Positions 6,874 through 11,642 of a stretch of 11,642 bases of DNA are shown here, in pieces (within the stretch, counting starts at the first letter, position 1; each line of letters opens with the position of its first letter). The DNA comes from an uncultured Gammaproteobacteria bacterium (GTDB taxonomy: Bacteria; Patescibacteriota; Patescibacteriia; UBA2591; UBA6264), in NCBI GenBank assembly GCA_964617525.1, contig CAZTWG010000012.1:1-11642 (forward strand), in the 5' to 3' direction. The notes under the pieces are model-generated. The model did no database searches, was not told the DNA's origin, and saw only the letters and a list, made by a program, of their open reading frames with translations. Position numbers and translations under genes: made by a program.

Positions 6874-8448
6874 ATGTCTGACAATATTCAGCCAGTTATT
6901 CTAATTATTTTAGATGGTTTTGGGGTAGCTCCAACCGGGAATGGTAACGCCGTTACTTCGGCCCGTTTACCTGTTTTAGACCAATTAGTGACTAATTATC
7001 CCACTACTACTATTCAAGCTTCAGGGGAATCAGTTGGTCTGTCTTGGGGTGAACCTGGAAATTCTGAGGTAGGGCATTTGAATTTAGGTGGGGGGCGTAT
7101 TGTCTGGCAAAGTTTATCTGGCATTACGCAGTCTATTGTAGATAATAGCTTTTTTGACAATCAGGCTTTTTTACAAGCTATTGAGCATACTCAAAAAAAT
7201 AAATCAGATTTACATTTGATAGGTTTAATTTCTAGCGGAGTTATTCATTCATCTCTTGACCATTTACATGCTCTTTTAGAATTAGCCGCCAAGAAAGGTA
7301 TAAATAATGTTTATATCCATGCGTTTTTAGACGGTAGAGATTCTCCAAAGGACAGCTCTCATGGTTTTATTTCCAACTTAATGTCAAGAATGAGAGATTT
7401 AAAAGTTGGTAAAATAGCTACGCTTTCAGGACGTTTTTATGCTATGGATAGAGATAATCACTGGGATAGAATTGAGAGAACTTATTTAGCTATGGTCAAG
7501 GGTCTTGCAGAACAAGAGTTTACTAATCCATTAGAAGCTATCGAGGCCTCACATCAAGCAGGAATATATGATGAGGAATTTATCCCCGTTGTTATAAAAG
7601 GAATTGACAAACAGAATCCTACGGTTATTAAAGACGATGATGCTGTTATATTCTTTAACTTTCGCCCAGATCGTGCTCGTGAACTTACCAAAGCTTTAGT
7701 TTCAGATAAATTTACTGGATTTAAAAGAGAAAAGATAAAGAATTTGTTTTTTGTAACTATGACTGAATATGAGAAAAATTTGCCAGTCAAGGTTGCTTTC
7801 CCCCCAAAAAACATCAATAATTCTTTAGCAGAAGTTGTTAGTAACCAAAAATTAGGACAAATTCATATAGCTGAAACAGAAAAATACGCTCATGTGACTT
7901 TCTTTTTTAATGGTCGTAGAGAAAATCCATTTCCATATGAAAAACGAATTTTAATTCCTTCTCCTAGGGTTGAGTCTTACGCTCAAAAACCAGAAATGTC
8001 AGCTGATCAAATTGCGAATCAAGTTCTTTGGGCAATTGGTTCTGGTCAGCATAAATTAATAGTTGTTAATTTTGCAAACCCAGATATGGTTGGTCATACT
8101 GGCAATTTATCAGCCGCTATTGTAGCATTAGAATTTTTGGACAGATTGGTTGGAAAGATTGTTAATTTGTGTTTAAAGGAGAATTGGGTAAGCATCATTA
8201 CTGCTGACCATGGCAACTGCGAACAAATGATAAACATTAGAAGTGGAGAAATAAACAAAGAGCATACTACTAATCCAGTCCCTTTTATTGTAATCAAAAA
8301 GGGAGTGGGGGATAAAACTTTTTCTTCAGGGTTGGCTAATCTAGATTCTATTACTCCAGGTGGAATATTGGCTGATGTTTCTCCGACTATCTTAAAAATT
8401 ATGGGATTGCCTCAACCTCCAGAAATGACAGGAATCTCCTTAATTTAG
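6874..8448 (+). CDS. gpmI: 2,3-bisphosphoglycerate-independent phosphoglycerate mutase (iPGM), paralog 2
   Basis: 524-aa ORF with the full iPGM motif set: IILDGFG, GNSEVGHLNLG (Ser64), FLDGRDS, GRFYAMDRDNHW, FRPDRARE, ETEKYAHVTFFFNG, NFANPDMVGHTGN, TADHGNCE, HTTNPVP. It starts 74 bp after paralog 1, and I see no hairpin or convincing promoter in that spacer. Confidence 0.95.
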   Translation: MSDNIQPVILIILDGFGVAPTGNGNAVTSARLPVLDQLVTNYPTTTIQASGESVGLSWGEPGNSEVGHLNLGGGRIVWQSLSGITQSIVDNSFFDNQAFLQAIEHTQKNKSDLHLIGLISSGVIHSSLDHLHALLELAAKKGINNVYIHAFLDGRDSPKDSSHGFISNLMSRMRDLKVGKIATLSGRFYAMDRDNHWDRIERTYLAMVKGLAEQEFTNPLEAIEASHQAGIYDEEFIPVVIKGIDKQNPTVIKDDDAVIFFNFRPDRARELTKALVSDKFTGFKREKIKNLFFVTMTEYEKNLPVKVAFPPKNINNSLAEVVSNQKLGQIHIAETEKYAHVTFFFNGRRENPFPYEKRILIPSPRVESYAQKPEMSADQIANQVLWAIGSGQHKLIVVNFANPDMVGHTGNLSAAIVALEFLDRLVGKIVNLCLKENWVSIITADHGNCEQMINIRSGEINKEHTTNPVPFIVIKKGVGDKTFSSGLANLDSITPGGILADVSPTILKIMGLPQPPEMTGISLI

Positions 8449-8463
8449 TTCAGTTTTAAAAGG

Positions 8464-8484
8464 TTTGGAGACTAAGTCTTCAAA
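8464..8484 (+). other. Hairpin between gpmI copy 2 and hpf (TTTGGAGAC-taa-GTCTTCAAA)
   Basis: 9-bp stem with one G-U pair (G8468-T8480) and a 3-nt loop, 16 nt after the gpmI-2 stop. No U-tract follows. It has the same triloop, no-U-tract style as the hairpin after eno. Confidence 0.25.
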
Positions 8485-8505
8485 TGTGTAAATAAATGAG
8501 GGTTT

Positions 8506-8844
8506 ATGGAAATAAAGTATTTTGTCCAAAATTTTACTTTATCTGACAAAGATAAAACTTTTTTGGAAGACAAAATTCAAAAATTAACACATTTTTCTGA
8601 TGAAATTTGGGAAGCCAAAGTTGATTTAAGCTATAATCCTAACCATAAAAAAAATCAATTATTCAGGGTAGAGATTAATTTACGTATGCCAAACAAGATA
8701 TTAAGAGCTGTTTCTAGGGCTTCATCTTTCCAGGCAGCTACATTAGATATAGAAAAAATATTACAAAGACAGCTGAGAAGATATAAAAGTTTTGGTTTAC
8801 TCCGTCGTCGTTTAGCGCAAAAATTTTTAAAAAGAAGAAAGTAA
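8506..8844 (+). CDS. hpf: Ribosome hibernation promoting factor / RaiA family (ribosomal S30AE), short form with basic C-terminal tail
   Basis: 112-aa ORF. The pattern MEIKYFVQNFTLSDKDKTFLEDKIQKL...KVDL...FRVEINLRMPNKILRAVSRASSFQAATLDIEKILQRQLRRYK matches the beta-alpha-beta-beta-beta-alpha HPF/YfiA layout. It is the only gene here with an SD-like GAGGG (8498-8502). It sits directly upstream of secA, as yvyD(hpf)-secA does in Bacillus subtilis. Confidence 0.75.
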   Translation: MEIKYFVQNFTLSDKDKTFLEDKIQKLTHFSDEIWEAKVDLSYNPNHKKNQLFRVEINLRMPNKILRAVSRASSFQAATLDIEKILQRQLRRYKSFGLLRRRLAQKFLKRRK

Positions 8845-8859
8845 TCCTATTTTAATTTT

Positions 8860-11613
8860 ATGAGTTTTTTATCTAAATTATTTTCTGGTAATTCTAATCA
8901 AAAGGAAATTGAAAAGCTTCGTCCCTTAATCAATGCTATTAATGACCTTGAAGATAAGTTCCAAAAATTAAGCTCAAATGGCTTGAAAGAAAAAAGCGTT
9001 GAGCTTCGGGAAAGATTATCTCAAAATAAAACTAAAGATGAAATTTTAACTGAGGCGTTTGCTTTGGTTAGGGAAGCATCTAAAAGAACCTTAAAGCAAA
9101 GGCATTTTGATACGCAATTAATGGGGGGCATTGTTTTGCATCAAGGCAAAATTGCTGAAATGAAAACAGGAGAGGGGAAAACGTTGGCCTCTACTTGTCC
9201 TATTTATTTAAACGCATTAGATGGTCATGGAGTTCATGTCATAACTGTTAATGATTATTTGGCTCGTAGGGATACGGTTTGGATGGGCCAGATTTATAGA
9301 GCTTTAGGGCTAGAGGTGGGTTGCTTGGTTCATGATGGGGCTTTTGTCTATGACCCAGAGTATATAATTACAAGGCCTGAAAATAAGGAAGAGCAAGGCT
9401 CAGAGCGCGATAAGGAAAGGGACACAACAGGAAGTTTTAAGGTTGAACAAACTTATTTACGTCCAGCATCACGCAAAGAGGCTTATCTTTGCGATATTAC
9501 TTATGGCACTAACAATGAATTTGGTTTTGATTATTTAAGAGATAATTTAGTTCAAGACCTTAATCAATGTGTTCAAAGAGAATTAAATTATGCTATTATT
9601 GATGAAATTGATAGTATTTTAATTGATGAAGCTAGAACCCCTTTGATTATTTCTGCTCCAGCTGGCGAATCAGATAATCTATATTATCAATTAGCCAATT
9701 TAGTCAAAAAATTAAAAACAGGCAAAGATTATCTTGTAGACGAAAAATTAAGGACAGTTATCTTGAGTGAAGAAGGTATGGATAAGGTAGCTTCTTTTTT
9801 GGGGGAGGACCCTTGGGCTAGTAATAATTTTGATTTAGTCCATCACATTGATGCCGCGCTTAAAGCTATGGTTCTTTTCCAGAAAGATAGAGATTATGTA
9901 ATACAAAAAGGAGAGGTAATTATTATTGATGAATTTACTGGTCGTTTAATGGAAGGCCGTCGTTATTCTGATGGTTTGCACCAGGCCATTGAAGCTAAAG
10001 AAAATGTGAATGTTAAACAAGAATCTAAAACTTTAGCAACAATTACTTTTCAAAACTATTTTCGTTTTTACAAAAAATTATGTGGAATGACTGGTACGGC
10101 AGAAACAGAAGCGGAAGAATTCCATAAGATATATAATTTAGAGGTAGTACAAATTCCAACAAACAAACCAAATATTAGAAAGGATTTAGCCGACAGGATT
10201 TATCGCACCAAAGATGCTAAGTTTAAAGCTATTGTTGAGGATGTCAAAGAAAGGCATTCCAAAGGACAGCCAATTTTGATTGGTACGGGAGGATTTACTA
10301 TTGGAGAAAAAACAGTTGGGGCTATAGAGAAAAATAGGATAATTAAAAATCTTTTAGAAAGAGAAGGTATTGCTTGTAAAGTTTTAGATGCTACCAATCA
10401 TGAAAAAGAGGGGCAAATAATCGCTCAAGCTGGTCGTTTGGGAGCAGTTACTGTAGCTACTAATATGGCTGGGAGGGGAGTGGATATCGTCTTGGGTGGT
10501 AATCCTTTTGATTTAGAGAAACAAAAAGAGGTTATTAAATTAGGCGGATTACATATTATTGGGAGTGAACGTCATGAGTCACGAAGAATTGATAATCAGC
10601 TAAGGGGCCGAGCGGGTCGGCAAGGAGATGATGGTTCAAGCCAATTTTTCTTATCCTTGGACGATGATTTGATGAGAATTTTTGGTGGTAACCGTCTGGC
10701 TAGCTTGATGCAGGGGTTGAAAATACCAGATGATGTCCCGATTGAGAGTAAAATAGTTTCTCGTTCCATGAGTTCAGCTCAGAAGAAAATTGAGGGATTT
10801 AATTTTGATACCCGTAAACATTTATTAGAATATGATGATGTATTGAGTAAGCACAGAGAAGCAGTTTATCGTTTAAGAAAAAGAGTCTTGAGCATGAATT
10901 ATCAGGAGATAAAAGAGGATTTTTTAGAAAAGATAAAAAAAGAAATAAAGAAAATTGTACAAGCCAAAACATTGAATGACAAGATAGATATTTTAGCTAT
11001 TACTGAAGTTGTTAAAAAAATATTTCCAATTCCAGTTGGGTTAGATGAGGAATTAAAGTCTATCCCAAAAGCTAACGATGTTGTGGAACATATATTTGAA
11101 ATCGCTAAAAAGGAATATGACAATCTAGAAATTGAAATTAATAGCAAGGAAAAAGAAATTGAAAATTCTCAAAAAAGCAAACCTTTAATGAACCGACTTC
11201 TTTTATCAATTTATTTACAAACAATTGACCGTTATTGGCTCTCGCATTTACAGATAATTGATAATTTAAAAGGTGGTATTGGTTTGCGCGCTTATGGACA
11301 GCATGACCCTTTGGTGGAATATAAAAAAGAATCTCGCGGAAAATTTAGTGAACTAATGCGAGCTATGGATATGCAGATAGTATATTCTGTTTATAAAATT
11401 GGCTTGGTTAAGAACTTTACACAACCAAAACCAGTTGAAATGAAATTAACTAGTAACCACAAAAAGGGGGGAATGAGGGTGAACACGTCCACCGAAGTCC
11501 CTCCTAGGAGGATCAAGGTAGGACGAAATGACCCATGCCCTTGCGGGAAGAAAGATCCCAAAACCGGAAAACCAATAAAATACAAGAATTGCTGTTATCC
11601 TAAGTATGGATAG
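8860..11613 (+). CDS. secA: Preprotein translocase ATPase SecA
   Basis: 917-aa ORF. Motifs present: Walker A MKTGEGKTL, TYGTNNEFGFDYLRDN, DEIDSILIDEARTPLIIS, GRRYSDGLHQAIEAKE, TFQNYFR, GMTGTA, ATNMAGRGVDI, GGLHIIGSERHESRRIDNQLRGRAGRQGD. The C-terminus carries a Cys-rich SEC-C-type motif, CPCG...CC. Confidence 0.97.
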   Translation: MSFLSKLFSGNSNQKEIEKLRPLINAINDLEDKFQKLSSNGLKEKSVELRERLSQNKTKDEILTEAFALVREASKRTLKQRHFDTQLMGGIVLHQGKIAEMKTGEGKTLASTCPIYLNALDGHGVHVITVNDYLARRDTVWMGQIYRALGLEVGCLVHDGAFVYDPEYIITRPENKEEQGSERDKERDTTGSFKVEQTYLRPASRKEAYLCDITYGTNNEFGFDYLRDNLVQDLNQCVQRELNYAIIDEIDSILIDEARTPLIISAPAGESDNLYYQLANLVKKLKTGKDYLVDEKLRTVILSEEGMDKVASFLGEDPWASNNFDLVHHIDAALKAMVLFQKDRDYVIQKGEVIIIDEFTGRLMEGRRYSDGLHQAIEAKENVNVKQESKTLATITFQNYFRFYKKLCGMTGTAETEAEEFHKIYNLEVVQIPTNKPNIRKDLADRIYRTKDAKFKAIVEDVKERHSKGQPILIGTGGFTIGEKTVGAIEKNRIIKNLLEREGIACKVLDATNHEKEGQIIAQAGRLGAVTVATNMAGRGVDIVLGGNPFDLEKQKEVIKLGGLHIIGSERHESRRIDNQLRGRAGRQGDDGSSQFFLSLDDDLMRIFGGNRLASLMQGLKIPDDVPIESKIVSRSMSSAQKKIEGFNFDTRKHLLEYDDVLSKHREAVYRLRKRVLSMNYQEIKEDFLEKIKKEIKKIVQAKTLNDKIDILAITEVVKKIFPIPVGLDEELKSIPKANDVVEHIFEIAKKEYDNLEIEINSKEKEIENSQKSKPLMNRLLLSIYLQTIDRYWLSHLQIIDNLKGGIGLRAYGQHDPLVEYKKESRGKFSELMRAMDMQIVYSVYKIGLVKNFTQPKPVEMKLTSNHKKGGMRVNTSTEVPPRRIKVGRNDPCPCGKKDPKTGKPIKYKNCCYPKYG

Positions 11614-11642
11614 TTTAGGATATATAAGTTCGGGAGCCGAGC

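Noticed and set aside
5219-8448. One of the two gpmI copies being a decaying pseudogene, or the pair being an assembly duplication
   Set aside because: Both ORFs are uninterrupted and full length and retain every catalytic and metal-binding motif. The copies differ at most nucleotide positions, so they cannot be a collapsed or duplicated assembly of the same sequence. Chimeric joining of two strains is still worth excluding by read mapping.
11500-11511. Perfect 12-nt palindrome CCTCCTAGGAGG (anti-SD/SD-like) inside the 3' end of secA
   Set aside because: It simply encodes Pro-Pro-Arg-Arg in the secA frame. As RNA it could form at most a 4-bp stem. No downstream ORF would use the GGAGG.
3965-11585. 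Ten short ORFs (60-111 aa) lying inside and overlapping eno (two antisense, one plus-strand out of frame), gpmI-1, gpmI-2 and secA. Coordinates: 3965-4159, 4489-4671, 4586-4768, 5845-6051, 6137-6472, 7554-7817, 8094-8297, 10200-10397, 10902-11147, 11391-11585
   Set aside because: Each lies entirely within a highly conserved, full-length enzyme gene. None shows a recognisable motif. These are the shadow ORFs expected in AT-rich sequence with few stop codons on some frames.
11614-11642. Possible start of a class II tRNA at the right edge (GCCGAGC resembles the GCCGAGCGG D-arm of tRNA-Ser/Leu)
   Set aside because: Only about 12-20 nt are available. The nucleotides preceding GCC are GA, so the near-invariant U8 is not in place in the obvious register. 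The remaining structure lies outside the window, so the call cannot be supported.
1-11642. Alternative genetic code (UGA recoding, as in some candidate phyla), CRISPR arrays, transposase or integrase genes, defence or toxin-antitoxin modules
   Set aside because: gpmI-1 terminates at TGA at the position expected from homologue length, and all conserved genes are full length under the standard code. There are no spaced direct-repeat arrays, no terminal inverted repeats flanking genes, and no ORFs with nuclease, transposase or toxin-like motifs. All eight ORFs have ordinary housekeeping or envelope assignments.

Overview
AT-rich, gene-dense 11.6-kb segment with eight well-supported protein-coding genes. 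I can support no rRNA or tRNA genes, CRISPR arrays or mobile elements. On the minus strand at the left are a DUF389-type membrane protein and a small sugar-1-phosphate nucleotidyltransferase. Divergent from these is a 669-aa O-antigen-ligase-like (Wzy_C) polytopic membrane protein with a C-terminal TPR domain. The rest is a co-directional plus-strand housekeeping block: enolase, two tandem but clearly divergent cofactor-independent phosphoglycerate mutases (gpmI), a short HPF/RaiA-family ribosome hibernation factor, and SecA. The standard code applies, since TGA terminates gpmI copy 1 and all ORFs are full length. Composition, near-absence of Shine-Dalgarno motifs and gene content fit a small-genome uncultivated bacterium, possibly CPR/Patescibacteria-like. 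That placement is inference only. I do not see a convincing novel multi-gene system such as defence, toxin-antitoxin, secretion or a biosynthetic cluster. The points worth a second look are modest. (1) Tandem, divergent, apparently both-intact gpmI paralogs sit next to eno. (2) A Wzy_C-TPR fusion is paired divergently with an NDP-sugar enzyme. (3) A perfect 9-6-9 palindrome overlaps a near-consensus leftward promoter at the left edge. (4) A promoter is positioned to give a leaderless mRNA. (5) SecA carries three insertions, including an expanded C-terminal zinc motif. All family assignments come from motif recognition by eye; no searches were run.
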